Assembly: GCA_038747425.1 (NCBI GenBank)
Contig: JBCDJV010000010.1
Span: 16,521 to 80,520 of the forward strand
Length of the DNA: 64,000 bases
Reading direction: 5' to 3'
Source of the DNA: Bacteroidota bacterium
GTDB taxonomy: Bacteria > Bacteroidota > Rhodothermia > Rhodothermales > JBCDJV01
This document shows positions 7,568-17,322 of the stretch, piece after piece (within the stretch, counting starts at the first letter, position 1; every line of letters starts with the position of its first letter). The notes beneath the pieces are model-generated. The model ran no database searches. It was not told the DNA's origin and saw nothing but the letters and a program-made list of their open reading frames with translations. Both the position numbers and the translations under genes were made by a program.

Positions 7568-8968
7568 TCACGGGGAATCGACGGCGTCGAGCCAGGAGGG
7601 CGTGGGCGGCGTGGCAGCGCGGTGCTCAGCGGCTAGCTGCTGGAGGCGCATCGCCACCTCGGGGTGTTGAGCGGCCACGTTGAGGCGCTCGGCGGGGTCG
7701 TGCTCCAGGTGGAAGAGCAGCGGCGGGTCGTGCGTCACGGGGGTATCGCCTACGTAGGCGGACTGGGTGGTGAAGTGGGCCTTCCAGGGGCCCTGCCGGA
7801 CGGCCCACAGCTGAGCGCCCCGGTAGTAGAAGACGGTGTCCCGCACGGCGTCCTGCGTGCCGGTCAGTAGCGGCATCAGGTCCAGGCCGTCCAGCACGAG
7901 CGTGTCTGGCAGCGTAGCCCCGGCCAGCTGGGCAGCGGTGGGCAGCAGGTCCAGGGTGCTTGCGAGGGCGGTGGTCACGCCGGGCGCGATGGTCCCCGGC
8001 CACCAGGCGATCGCCGGAACGCGCAGGCCGCCCTCCCAGGTGGTGCCCTTGCCGTCGCGCAGCGGCCCGGCCGAGCCGCCCTCGACGCCCCGCGTGAGCC
8101 ACGGCCCATTGTCGCTGGTGAACACGACCAGCGTCCGGCGCTCCAGGCCGAGGCGCCGCACCGCCGCCAGGATCTCGCCCACGCTGCCGTCCAGCTCCTC
8201 AATCACGTCGCCATAGAGGCCGGCCGCACTGGTGCCTGCGTAGTCGGGCGAGGCGAACAGGGGGACGTGCGGAAAGGGATGGGCCAGATAGAGGAAGAAC
8301 GGTTGGTCCTGGTGGGCCTCCATGAACGCGGTGGCCTCGGCGGTGAGGCGCGGCGTCAGGTAGCGCTGATCCGGCTCCTCCTCCGCAATCTCTTCGTTTC
8401 GCATCAGGGGCAACGGCGGAAAGCCTTGGGCCCGATCCCACCGCGGGTTGGTGGCCGGGCTCATGTCGTTGCTGTACGGGATCCCGAAAAAGATATCGAA
8501 CCCGTGACGCGTAGGCAGGTAGGCCGCTCGGTGCCCCAGGTGCCACTTGCCGAGGGCGGCTGTGGCATAGCCCTCCTCGCGCAGCACCTCCGCCAGGGTC
8601 AGCTCCGACGCTGGGAGGCCGTAGCGCGAGTCCGGGAAGAGGACGCGGCTGCCGTCGCTGGCCATGCCACTACGCACCGGCAGGCGCCCCGTCAGGAGCG
8701 CCGCCCGGCTGGGCGTGCACACCGAGGCGCCGGCGTAGAACTGCGTGAACCGCACACCCTCCAGCGCCATCTGGTCGAGGTGCGGCGTGCGGATCGTAGG
8801 GTGGCCATACGCGCCCACGTCGCCGTAGCCGAGATCATCGGCGAAAATGACGATGATGTTGGGCGGCCCCTCAGGCGCCGCACAGCCTGCCACCAAGAAA
8901 AGAAGTAGAACGAGGCCCCCGAAGGGCCACGATACATCGTGGCCCGGCGATACGCGCACCACGCCCAT
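7568..8968 (-). CDS. arylsulfatase (formylglycine-dependent), lipoprotein
   Basis: IIVIFADDLGYGDVG and the Cys-type FGly motif CTPSRAALLTGR. Lipobox LVAGC. ATG 8966-8968 overlaps the TGA of the upstream gene by 1 nt (TGATG). Confidence 0.9.
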   Translation of the reverse strand: MGVVRVSPGHDVSWPFGGLVLLLFLVAGCAAPEGPPNIIVIFADDLGYGDVGAYGHPTIRTPHLDQMALEGVRFTQFYAGASVCTPSRAALLTGRLPVRSGMASDGSRVLFPDSRYGLPASELTLAEVLREEGYATAALGKWHLGHRAAYLPTRHGFDIFFGIPYSNDMSPATNPRWDRAQGFPPLPLMRNEEIAEEEPDQRYLTPRLTAEATAFMEAHQDQPFFLYLAHPFPHVPLFASPDYAGTSAAGLYGDVIEELDGSVGEILAAVRRLGLERRTLVVFTSDNGPWLTRGVEGGSAGPLRDGKGTTWEGGLRVPAIAWWPGTIAPGVTTALASTLDLLPTAAQLAGATLPDTLVLDGLDLMPLLTGTQDAVRDTVFYYRGAQLWAVRQGPWKAHFTTQSAYVGDTPVTHDPPLLFHLEHDPAERLNVAAQHPEVAMRLQQLAAEHRAATPPTPSWLDAVDSP

Positions 8969-11900
8969 CACGGACGATCACCGGCCGCGGGGTCGTTGCG
9001 CACGATCACGAGGCCCTCGGCGGTGTGGCCACCGGCCTCCACGGTGACGCGGTAGGGGCCGGGAGGCGCCTCGGTGGGGCGGAGCTCGCGGCCGTAGAAG
9101 CCGAGGTAGGCGGCATCGCCCACCACGAAGCTGTAGGCCAGAAGCTGCTCGCGGACCCGGTAGAAGTCGCGCACGGTCTCGGCCTCAGCGAGGGCCGTTT
9201 CGATGTGGATGAGGTGCGTCAGGAGGAGGGCACGGGCGTCGTCGCGGTCTGGGTAGGCGGCATCCTTGTAGAGGCTGGGGTAGCGCTGGACGGCCAGCAG
9301 GTCGGTGCGCATACCCGCCAGGATGGCGGCGTCTGCGAAGGTCTGGAGGCGCGAGCGGATCGTGGCCGCCATGCTACTCAGGGCCGCGCGGTGAGCCTCG
9401 CTTTCGGCCTCGGTGGGGAGGAAGGTGAGGTCCCAGCGAACCGTGTGGAGGCCGGCCGTGGCGGGTACCTCCAGCGTGCGCGTGCGGCCGCCAAATGCGT
9501 CGGCCACCGTGATGCGGGCCAGGCTGTCCGGGGGCGTCTCGCGCAGGTGCAGGTGAATGGGCGCGCCCGGCGGCGGGTTCTCGCCCGAGAACCGGAAGTA
9601 GTTCTGGATGCGCCCTTTGTTGTAGTTGAACCAGTGGGTGCCAGGCCGTCCTTCAAACACGTGGACCGGCGCCGCCAGCGCCTCGGGCGTGAGTTGCTGC
9701 AGGGCCGAGAGATCATCGGCGATCCAGATGCTGCGGCCGTGCGTGCCCGCCACCAGGTCGCGGTCCCGAGGGTGGATCACGAGGTCGTGTACCGCTACCG
9801 GTGGGAGGCCGTTCATGAACGGATGCCACGCCTGCCCCCCGTCCAGCGTGGCGTACACGCCAAACTCGGTGCCAAGGAAGAGGAGGGCGGGGTTGACGGG
9901 ATCTTCCACGATCGTGTGGACGGACAGGCCCGGGAGCGCACGCGGCAGCGTGGCCGTGAGGTCGGTCCAGGTAGCGCCGTAGTCGGTGGTCTTGTAGACG
10001 TACGGGTTGACATCGCCGGTCCAGTGGCCATCGAAGGTCACGTAGGCCGTGGCGGCGTCGTGCTGCGAGGCTTCGACCCGGCTCACCCACGTGCCCTCCG
10101 GCACGCCAGGGATGTTGGCCGTCACGTTGGTCCACGTGGCCCCACCGTCGCGCGTGACCTGCACGAAGCCGTCATCGGTCCCCACCCAGATCAGGGCCGG
10201 GTCCAGCACCGAGGGGTCCACGGTGTAGATCGTGTGGTAGTTCTCGGCGCCAGTGGCGTCTTTGGTGAGGCCACCGCTGGTGGTCGAGTTGCGGCGAGCG
10301 GGGTCGTTGCGCGTGAGGTCGGGGCTGATGATGCGCCACGTCTCGCCGCGGTCCTCGGACACGAACAGGTGGCTGCCGCCCACATACACGGTGCGGGGGT
10401 TGGTGGGCGAGAGGACGAGCGGGCTGTTCCAGTTGAAGCGGAACTGCGGCGGCAGGTTGGCGCCATTGACGGTGGGGTTCTCGATGTCGTACCACAGCCA
10501 GCGATCTTCGGGGTTGATGGAGTAGTTGGTGGGCGTCTCGTCGAAGGCGGGGTCGTATACCGCCTCGAAGTTGGTGATGGTCGCGGGGGTGGGGGTGATG
10601 AAGACGTGCTCGCGCGTGTGCATGTCCTGCCGCCCAAAGAAGCCGACGTGCGTGGTGGTGTAGACGGTCCGCCAGTCCGTAGGGTCGGCCTGCATGTGGA
10701 AGCCATCGCCGCCGTTGACCACCGTGACGTGGTCCACCAGGATGCCGCGTGGGTCCCGGCTGTTGGAGGGCGTGGCCCAGCCGCCGTTGTCCTGCAGGCC
10801 GCCGTAGACCCAGTACGGATCGCGCATGTCCACCCCGATGGCGTAGTACTGCCCGATGGCCATGTTATCCAGAGACAGCATGGTGGCCCCAGCGTCGCGG
10901 GAGAGGCGCGCGCCCTGGTCCGTGGCCGCGATCAGCACATCGGGGTCGCGGGGCGAGATCCACAGGTCGTGCTCGTCGCCCCCGTCGATGCGCCAGGGCT
11001 GGCCGCGCGTGAACGTGGCACCGCCATCGACGGAGTAGTGGAAGTCGCGAGCCACGACGTAGATCTGGTCCGGGTCCTGGGGGTGGATGCGGATGCGGCC
11101 GTGGTAGTACGGGCGCGAGTTGTGGCGGAAGCGGTAGGTCCAGGTCTCGCCGTAGTCGGTGCTGGTGTAGACACCGGGGCCGGGCACGCTGAGGTCGTGC
11201 GGCAGGGCCTCATCGGCCTCTACGTAGGCCACCATCTGGGCCGGGTCGGCGTGGAAGATGTCGACGTCGATCTGCCCGGTCTCGCCGGTGGGCAGACCGG
11301 CAGTCAGCTTACGCCACGAGGCGCCACCGTCGGTGCTCTTGAAGAGGCCGCCGTTGGGCCCACCGCTGTCCATCGTGTGGGGGTAGCGGCGCCGCTCGTA
11401 GAAGCCCACGAAGACTGTCTCGGGGTCGGCCGGGTGGAGGGTCACCACGGTGGCGCCGGTGCGGCCGTCGTCCGGGAGGCCGTTCGTGAGCTTCGTCCAG
11501 GAGGCCCCGCCGTCGGTCGTTTTGTAGAGGCCGCGGCTCCCGGTGTAGTCGAACAGGTGCCCGAGGGCCGCCACGTAGGCCACATCGGGGTCGGTGGGGT
11601 GGGGGGCGATCTCTGAGATCTGGTAGGTGTCGCGCAGGCCCACGTGCTCAAACGTGACGCCCCCGTTGGTGCTGCGGTAGACGCCATCGCCCCAGCCTAC
11701 GCTGTTGCGGTTGGTGGCCTCGCCGGTGCCCACCCAGATGACACTGGTGTCCGCCTGCGAGAAGGCCACGTCGCCAATCGACTGACTGCCGTAGTCGTCG
11801 AAGATAGGCGTCACGGTAACACCGCCGTTGATGGTCTTGAACACGCCGCCGGAGGCCGCCCCGATGAGCAGCACGTCCGGGTCCGGGTCATATCCGTCCA

Positions 11901-12039
11901 GCGCCGAGATCCGCCCCATCATGTTGGCAGGCCCGATGTTGCGCCACGTGTAGGGGGCCAGCAGCGCCTCGGCACTCGGCTGGGCCGCAGCGGTGACGGC
12001 AAGGAGGAGGCTACAGCTGAGGACGAGCATGCGGGGCAT
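8968..12039 (-). CDS. secreted BNR/Asp-box repeat beta-propeller protein (sortilin/VPS10- or GH74-like)
   Basis: At least seven SxDxGxTW Asp-boxes: TDGGASWTKL, STDGGASWRKL, STDYGETWTY, SEDRGETWRI, TRDGGATWTNV, TTDYGATWTDL, TLDGGQAWHPF. Signal peptide MPRMLVLSCSLLLAVTAAAQ starting from ATG 12039. Confidence 0.85.
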   Translation of the reverse strand: MPRMLVLSCSLLLAVTAAAQPSAEALLAPYTWRNIGPANMMGRISALDGYDPDPDVLLIGAASGGVFKTINGGVTVTPIFDDYGSQSIGDVAFSQADTSVIWVGTGEATNRNSVGWGDGVYRSTNGGVTFEHVGLRDTYQISEIAPHPTDPDVAYVAALGHLFDYTGSRGLYKTTDGGASWTKLTNGLPDDGRTGATVVTLHPADPETVFVGFYERRRYPHTMDSGGPNGGLFKSTDGGASWRKLTAGLPTGETGQIDVDIFHADPAQMVAYVEADEALPHDLSVPGPGVYTSTDYGETWTYRFRHNSRPYYHGRIRIHPQDPDQIYVVARDFHYSVDGGATFTRGQPWRIDGGDEHDLWISPRDPDVLIAATDQGARLSRDAGATMLSLDNMAIGQYYAIGVDMRDPYWVYGGLQDNGGWATPSNSRDPRGILVDHVTVVNGGDGFHMQADPTDWRTVYTTTHVGFFGRQDMHTREHVFITPTPATITNFEAVYDPAFDETPTNYSINPEDRWLWYDIENPTVNGANLPPQFRFNWNSPLVLSPTNPRTVYVGGSHLFVSEDRGETWRIISPDLTRNDPARRNSTTSGGLTKDATGAENYHTIYTVDPSVLDPALIWVGTDDGFVQVTRDGGATWTNVTANIPGVPEGTWVSRVEASQHDAATAYVTFDGHWTGDVNPYVYKTTDYGATWTDLTATLPRALPGLSVHTIVEDPVNPALLFLGTEFGVYATLDGGQAWHPFMNGLPPVAVHDLVIHPRDRDLVAGTHGRSIWIADDLSALQQLTPEALAAPVHVFEGRPGTHWFNYNKGRIQNYFRFSGENPPPGAPIHLHLRETPPDSLARITVADAFGGRTRTLEVPATAGLHTVRWDLTFLPTEAESEAHRAALSSMAATIRSRLQTFADAAILAGMRTDLLAVQRYPSLYKDAAYPDRDDARALLLTHLIHIETALAEAETVRDFYRVREQLLAYSFVVGDAAYLGFYGRELRPTEAPPGPYRVTVEAGGHTAEGLVIVRNDPAAGDRP

Positions 12040-12120
12040 GGCAGGCGGGGCAGGGAGGTGGACAGATACCTCCAAGCTAGCCAGCGGGCGGTCATTGTCA
12101 ATGCTGGTTCGCCGGGGCAC

Positions 12121-12204
12121 GATGTATCGTGCCCCTACCTGGCGCGTTGATGTATCGTGCCCCTACCTGGCGCGTTGATGTATCGTGCCCCTACCTGGCG
12201 CGTT
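12121..12204. repeat. perfect 3 x 28-bp tandem repeat (GATGTATCGTGCCCCTACCTGGCGCGTT)
   Basis: Units at 12121-12148, 12149-12176 and 12177-12204 are identical. The flank GGGGCACGAT (12114-12123) forms a 10-bp-arm palindrome with ATCGTGCCCC of unit 1. Confidence 0.95.
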
Positions 12205-12225
12205 GGGGGCCGTGCTTACGTGGCC

Positions 12226-13557
12226 TCACAGCTCGGCAGGGGCCAGCTCGTCGCTCGCCACAAACTCTGGGTAGGCTTGGTTGTCGTGCTCGTGGAGATC
12301 GAGGCCCTGGTGCTCGAGGTGGCCGTTGACGCGCAGCCCGAGGGTTTTGTTGAGCAGGTAGAAGATGGCGTAGCTGACGGGGAAGGCCCACAGGAAGGCG
12401 GCCGCGATGCCGATGAGCTGCACGCCCACGATCTGCATGTTGAACAGCCCGGCGCTGTCGAATAGGCCGGCGGCCAGCGTGCCCCAGGCGCCGCAGACGC
12501 CGTGCACGGCGATGGCCCCCACCGGGTCATCCACAAACCGCTCGATGAACCCGGAGGCGTAGACGACCAAGACGCCGGCGAGGCCGCCGGTGACCAGCGC
12601 GAAGGTGGGGGACAGGTTGGCGCACCCCGCCGTGATCCCCACAAGGCCTGCTAGGACCCCGTTGAGCGTCATGGGGGCGTCCGGCTTGCCGCTCCGGAGC
12701 CAGGTGACCATCATGGCCAGCGTGGCCCCCGCGGCCGCAGCCAGAAAGGTGTTGATGGCGATGAGTGCGATGCTGGAGTCGCCGGTGGTGGTGGAGCCCG
12801 CGTTGAACCCAAACCAGCCGAACCACAGGATGAACACCCCCAGGGCGGCTAGCGGCATGCTATGGCCGGGGATGTGCCGTGGCCGTCCGTGGGCGTCGTA
12901 TTTGTCGGCCCGCGGCCCCACCACCAGCGCGCCCGCCAGCGCGGCCCAGCCCCCGATGGAGTGCACCACGGTGGAGCCCGCGAAGTCGATGAAGCCCAGG
13001 CTTTCTAGCCACCCTTCGCCGCGGAACAGGCCGCCCCAGGCCCACGAGCCAAAGACCGGGTAGATGAGCGCCGTGATGACCACCGAGAAGACGAGGTAGC
13101 CAGTAAACTTGGTGCGCTCAGCCACCGCACCCGAGACGATGGTAGCCGCCGTGGCCGCGAACACGGCTTGGAAGAAGAAGAAGGCGTAGGTCCAGGGGTC
13201 GTCGCCCAGGCCCGCCAGGAAAAAGCTGTCCGTACCGATCCATCCGCCGGCTGTGGTGCCAAACATGAGTCCGAAACCGAGCATGAAGAACACGAGCCCC
13301 CCCGCCGAGATGTCCATCACATTCTTCATGATGATGTTGACGGCATTCTTGGAACGCGTGAGGCCGGTCTCCAGCAGGGTGAAGCCCGCCTGCATGAGCA
13401 GCACCAGCACGGCGGCCAGGATGGTCCAGACATAGTTCAGGTTGGTCTGGATATCGGCCAGGGTCGGTGCTTCAGCGGCCTGGGCCTGGGCGGGCGTGGC
13501 CATGAGCAGCAGCACCGCAAGGGTGCCCACGAGGAGGGCGAGGAAACGGTTGAGCAT
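12226..13557 (-). CDS. amt: ammonium transporter (Amt family)
   Basis: 443 aa polytopic protein with a signal peptide. Contains AGFTLLETG and DFAGSTVVHSIGGWAALAGALVVGPR (Amt signature including a pore His). Confidence 0.95.
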   Translation of the reverse strand: MLNRFLALLVGTLAVLLLMATPAQAQAAEAPTLADIQTNLNYVWTILAAVLVLLMQAGFTLLETGLTRSKNAVNIIMKNVMDISAGGLVFFMLGFGLMFGTTAGGWIGTDSFFLAGLGDDPWTYAFFFFQAVFAATAATIVSGAVAERTKFTGYLVFSVVITALIYPVFGSWAWGGLFRGEGWLESLGFIDFAGSTVVHSIGGWAALAGALVVGPRADKYDAHGRPRHIPGHSMPLAALGVFILWFGWFGFNAGSTTTGDSSIALIAINTFLAAAAGATLAMMVTWLRSGKPDAPMTLNGVLAGLVGITAGCANLSPTFALVTGGLAGVLVVYASGFIERFVDDPVGAIAVHGVCGAWGTLAAGLFDSAGLFNMQIVGVQLIGIAAAFLWAFPVSYAIFYLLNKTLGLRVNGHLEHQGLDLHEHDNQAYPEFVASDELAPAEL

Positions 13558-13668
13558 GGAAGGAGCGGTGATCGAGGAGGGTCGTGGTCAACGGCCGATG
13601 CAGACACCCAGGCCACCCCGTCGCAGGCGGCACTTTTTGAATCGACCGCCCCAATAAAGTGATTATTT

Positions 13669-13693
13669 TTAAATCAAAACTATTTTGATTTAA
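13669..13693. promoter_or_regulatory. perfect palindrome TTAAATCAAAA-CTA-TTTTGATTTAA in an AT-rich island (candidate operator/promoter element)
   Basis: 11-bp arms with a 3-nt spacer. Flanked by a 12-bp direct repeat CTTTTTGAATCG at 13633-13644 and 13712-13723. Lies about 110 nt upstream of the amt start. Confidence 0.4.
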
Positions 13694-13957
13694 TTTTTTT
13701 AGCCGAACGCGCTTTTTGAATCGTGAAAAGAAGGTTTGCCTGCTGTACCGAGACCTTGTCTTTGTCCGGGCTGGGGCGACCTCTTTGTGGTGTGTTCTTA
13801 TCTGATTTCTTGGTTCTTCTCTTGCTCAGCACCAAGCGTGGACCTCCTCGAAACCCACGAAGCCCGATCCCGCGCACGGGCCGGTACCCAAGGGGCCACG
13901 GCGGCCGTGGCATCTAAATATGGTCGTGCTGGTGCCCCCTTGGCACCCTAACGCTAA

Positions 13958-14158
13958 ACAGGCCGCGCCGGGCTTCCTCCCAACGCGCCCCTGCCCCGAG
14001 GAGGCCGTTGGTGCCACAGGCCAAGGCGCAGGCGGCTGAGCCACCGTCGCATTCCTCATTTCCCATTCAAGCCGGGCCCGTAGGCACCATCCGTCGCCCT
14101 GACCCACTTCACCATTCACCGTTCACAACTCACCATTCACCATTCACCATTCAAACCA
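13958..14158 (+). repeat. family B intergenic repeat with (CACCATT)n tail
   Basis: GGGCTTCCTCCCAACGCGCC ... CACAGGCCAAGGCGCAGGCGGCT ... CATTTCCCATTC aligns with 21474-21552. Six heptads CACCATT/CACCGTT/CACAACT occupy 14110-14151. Confidence 0.6.
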
Positions 14159-14214
14159 GGGGATCACCCGCGGCGTTCACCTCGTGCAAGGACGCCACAT
14201 CGACCTCTGCTGCC

Positions 14215-14688
14215 ATGTTCATGCTCTCTCTGCTGGCCGTGATTCTCTTCGCTGCGGCGCCCAGTCCGTCAGACGCCGACCCCCAGCCCAGCCCGTCGCT
14301 CTCGCCGGAGCAGGTCATCCGCCTCCAAGTGGAGGCCCTGCAACGGAACGACCAGCCACGCCCCGATGCGGGCATCGAGGTGGCCTTCCGCTTCGCCTCA
14401 CCGGCTAACAAGCAGGCCACCGGCCCACTGGGACGCTTCACCCAGATGGTGAAGGGACCTGCCTACCGCGCCATGCTCGGCTTCGAGCGTGCGGAGTACG
14501 GTCCCATCCGGGTCCAGGGGGACCGTGCCGCCCAACGTGTCACCCTGGTTCAGCCCGACGGGCAGCGGGTGAGCTACGTGTTTGGCCTCTCGAAGCAGAC
14601 GAGCGGCACGTATGAGGGCTGCTGGATGACCGACAGCGTGATGCGCGACGCCCAGCAGGCCCGCACCAACGGCGTGCGAAAAACCTGA
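14215..14688 (+). CDS. DUF4864-like secreted protein
   Basis: ATG 14215 gives a signal peptide MFMLSLLAVILFAAAP. The pattern QVEALQRNDQPRPDAGIEVAFRFASPANKQATGPLGRFTQM resembles DUF4864 as I recall it. The ORF-track start at 14008 runs through the repeat. Confidence 0.65.
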   Translation: MFMLSLLAVILFAAAPSPSDADPQPSPSLSPEQVIRLQVEALQRNDQPRPDAGIEVAFRFASPANKQATGPLGRFTQMVKGPAYRAMLGFERAEYGPIRVQGDRAAQRVTLVQPDGQRVSYVFGLSKQTSGTYEGCWMTDSVMRDAQQARTNGVRKT

Positions 14689-14783
14689 GCAGGCGGCGCT
14701 ACCTTCGGGCGCTTTGCCACCGGTGAGCAAACCCCTGTTGGGCCCTACCAGAAGTCGGCCTCATGGGCCGGTGGAGTCCCCCC

Positions 14784-15677
14784 TCACCCTCGCACAAGCC
14801 CGATGCGCTCGGCGGCTTGCTGGAGGATGGCGCGGTCGTCGTCGCTGAGGTGACGGGGGATGTGGACGTCCACTTCCACGATGAGGTCGCCACGGTCGGT
14901 ATCCGTCTGGACGCCCTGGCCGCGTAGGCGGAATTTCTCGCCGGGCTGGGTGCCGTGGGGGACGGCCAGCTTGATCTGCTGGCCGTAGCCGTTGGTGATG
15001 GTGCGGACCGTGCCCAGGATGGCGTCTAGGGCGCCCACCTGCTCCTGCACGTGCAGGTTGAGGCCGTCGCGACGGAAGCGGGCGTGGGGCTTCACCTCAA
15101 AGGTCACGTAGAGGTCGCCGCGTTGGCCGTCAGGGCCCTCGTGGCCGCGCCCGCGTAAGCGGACGCGCAGGCCGTCGGCCGCGCCCTTGGGAATGGTGAG
15201 GCGGATGGTGTCGCCGTCGGGCAGGGTCACAGTGGTCTTGCCGCCTCGGAGCGCGCGGTCGAAGCTGATGCGCATCGTCGTCTCCAGGTCCAGGCGCGGG
15301 GCTCGGGGACCCGCCGCCTCGCCGCCGGCGAAGAAACTGCTGAACAGGTCACCGAAGGAGCCGCCGCCGCGGGGGCCATCGCCGAAGAGGTCCTCCATGC
15401 GGACCGAGGAACCGCCACCGGGCCGCCGGGCATACCCGCCATCGCCAAACCCGAAAGGGTTCTTGCGCATCGCGTCGTACTGGCGGCGCTGCTTCGGCTT
15501 GGAGAGCACGTCGTAGGCCTCCTGGACCTCCTTGAAGCGCTCCTCGGCCTTGGGATCGTCCGGGTTGTGGTCCGGGTGGTACTGCTTGGCCAGCTTGCGG
15601 TATGCCTTCTTGATCTCGCGCTCAGACGCACCCTCTGGGACGCCGAGCGTCTTGTAGTAGTCCTTCACGCGGCTCAT
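14784..15677 (-). CDS. cbpA: J-domain co-chaperone, CbpA-like (DnaJ without zinc finger)
   Basis: DYYKTLGV ... YHPDHNP (HPD motif), a G/F-rich linker and C-terminal DnaJ beta-domains. No CxxCxGxG repeats. Trimmed to ATG 15677. Confidence 0.85.
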   Translation of the reverse strand: MSRVKDYYKTLGVPEGASEREIKKAYRKLAKQYHPDHNPDDPKAEERFKEVQEAYDVLSKPKQRRQYDAMRKNPFGFGDGGYARRPGGGSSVRMEDLFGDGPRGGGSFGDLFSSFFAGGEAAGPRAPRLDLETTMRISFDRALRGGKTTVTLPDGDTIRLTIPKGAADGLRVRLRGRGHEGPDGQRGDLYVTFEVKPHARFRRDGLNLHVQEQVGALDAILGTVRTITNGYGQQIKLAVPHGTQPGEKFRLRGQGVQTDTDRGDLIVEVDVHIPRHLSDDDRAILQQAAERIGLVRG

Positions 15678-15819
15678 CGAATTCGTTCTCCTTTCTCGGT
15701 CAAAGCTGGTACCTTTACGTCCCCTTCTGCCGAAACGTTGCCGGGTACCGGGTCTGTAGGGATCACAGGCCCCCGTCGGCGTGGACGGCACAGATCGTGC
15801 CACAGGCCCCCTCTCTGAC

Positions 15820-17322
15820 ATGATGGCCACCGCCCCCATTCGCAAAGTCCTCATCGCCAACCGGGGCGAGATTGCCGTCCGCGTGATCCGCACGTGCCGG
15901 GCCCTCGGCCTCACCAGCGTGGCCGTGTTCAGCGAGGCGGATCGGAGTGCGCCCCACGTGCGTCTGGCCGATGAGGCCTTCCTGATCGGACCGGCGGCCT
16001 CCAGCACCTCGTACCTGGTGCCGGAGAAGATCCTGGAGGTAGCCCGGCAGAGCGGCGCCGACGCTATCCATCCCGGCTACGGCTTCCTCTCAGAAAACGC
16101 CGCCTTCGCCGAGGCCTGTGCCCAGGCCGGGGTGGTCTTCATCGGCCCACGCCCTGACGCCATCCGGGCCATGGGCGATAAGACCGAGGCTCGCCTCATG
16201 ATGGAGGCCGCTGGCATCCCCATGGCCCCCGGCACCACCGACGCCATCGCCGACGCCGACGAGGCGGCGCGCATCGCCGAAGAGATCGGGTACCCGGTGC
16301 TCATCAAGGCCGCGGCCGGCGGCGGTGGCAAGGGGATGCGCATCGTAGAGGAGGCGGCGGACTTCCAGCGGGCCATCGCGCTGGCGCAAAGCGAGGCCCA
16401 GTCCGCCTTTGGCGACGCCCGCGTATTCGTGGAGAAGTACATCGTGCAGCCCCGCCACATCGAGATCCAGGTCCTGGCGGACCAGCACGGGAACGTCGTC
16501 CACTTGTTCGAGCGTGAGTGCTCCATCCAGCGGCGCCACCAGAAGGTGGTCGAGGAAGCACCGTCGGCCGTGCTCACCCCTGCGCTGCGCGCCGAGATGG
16601 GGGCCATGGCGGTGCGGGTGGCCGCCGCCTGTGACTACGTGGGAGCCGGGACCGTCGAGTTTCTGCTCGACAAAGACCACCGTTACTATTTCATGGAGAT
16701 GAACACGCGCCTCCAGGTGGAGCACCCCGTCACGGAGGAGATCACCGGGCTCGACCTCGTGGCCGAGCAGATCCGGGTGGCCGAGGGGCACCCGCTCCCC
16801 TTCGCGCAGGACGACCTCCAGATCAACGGTCACGCCGTCGAGTGCCGCATCTATGCTGAGAATCCGGCCAACCAGTTCTTGCCGGACCCCGGTCCGCTCC
16901 TGCGCCACCAGCCTCCGTCTGGGCCCGGCGTCCGCGTGGACGCGGGCGTGGAGGAAGGCGGCGAGGTGCAGATCCACTACGACCCCATGATCTCGAAGCT
17001 GACCACGTGGGGTCCCACCCGCGAGGCTGCGATCCAGCGGATGCGTAGCGCTCTGCAGGAGTACGCCATCGCAGGCATGGAGACCACCATCCCGTTCTGC
17101 CTCTTCGTCATGAACCACGAGGCCTTCACCAGCGGTGAGTTCTCCACCCACTTCGTGCAGGACCATTTTGACCCCGCCCACCTGTTTCCGGAAGACCCCG
17201 AGGCCGACTTCGCGGCGGCCCTCGCGGCCACACTCTTCCAGGCCTCGGCGCAGGCGCCCGCACCCGGCGAGGTGGCTACTGGGTCGTCTGTCTCTCGCTG
17301 GGCCCTCCGGCGCCGACACTAA
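15820..17322 (+). CDS. accC: biotin carboxylase (acetyl-CoA carboxylase AccC-like), with Ala-rich C-terminal tail
   Basis: [23 protein letters not shown]-grasp [24 protein letters not shown]. No BCCP or carboxyltransferase gene is adjacent. Confidence 0.9.
   Translation: MMATAPIRKVLIANRGEIAVRVIRTCRALGLTSVAVFSEADRSAPHVRLADEAFLIGPAASSTSYLVPEKILEVARQSGADAIHPGYGFLSENAAFAEACAQAGVVFIGPRPDAIRAMGDKTEARLMMEAAGIPMAPGTTDAIADADEAARIAEEIGYPVLIKAAAGGGGKGMRIVEEAADFQRAIALAQSEAQSAFGDARVFVEKYIVQPRHIEIQVLADQHGNVVHLFERECSIQRRHQKVVEEAPSAVLTPALRAEMGAMAVRVAAACDYVGAGTVEFLLDKDHRYYFMEMNTRLQVEHPVTEEITGLDLVAEQIRVAEGHPLPFAQDDLQINGHAVECRIYAENPANQFLPDPGPLLRHQPPSGPGVRVDAGVEEGGEVQIHYDPMISKLTTWGPTREAAIQRMRSALQEYAIAGMETTIPFCLFVMNHEAFTSGEFSTHFVQDHFDPAHLFPEDPEADFAAALAATLFQASAQAPAPGEVATGSSVSRWALRRRH

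Noticed and set aside
12121-12204. Possible CRISPR array (28-bp repeats with a partially palindromic unit).
   Set aside because: The units are directly abutting with no spacers, there are only three copies, and there are no cas genes in the window. It is a tandem repeat, not a CRISPR array.
13680-13913. 77-aa Lys/Arg-rich ORF (minus strand) and overlapping plus-strand ORFs in the amt upstream region.
   Set aside because: They span the AT-rich promoter island and repeat DNA, have atypical codon usage and no recognisable motif. More likely non-coding.
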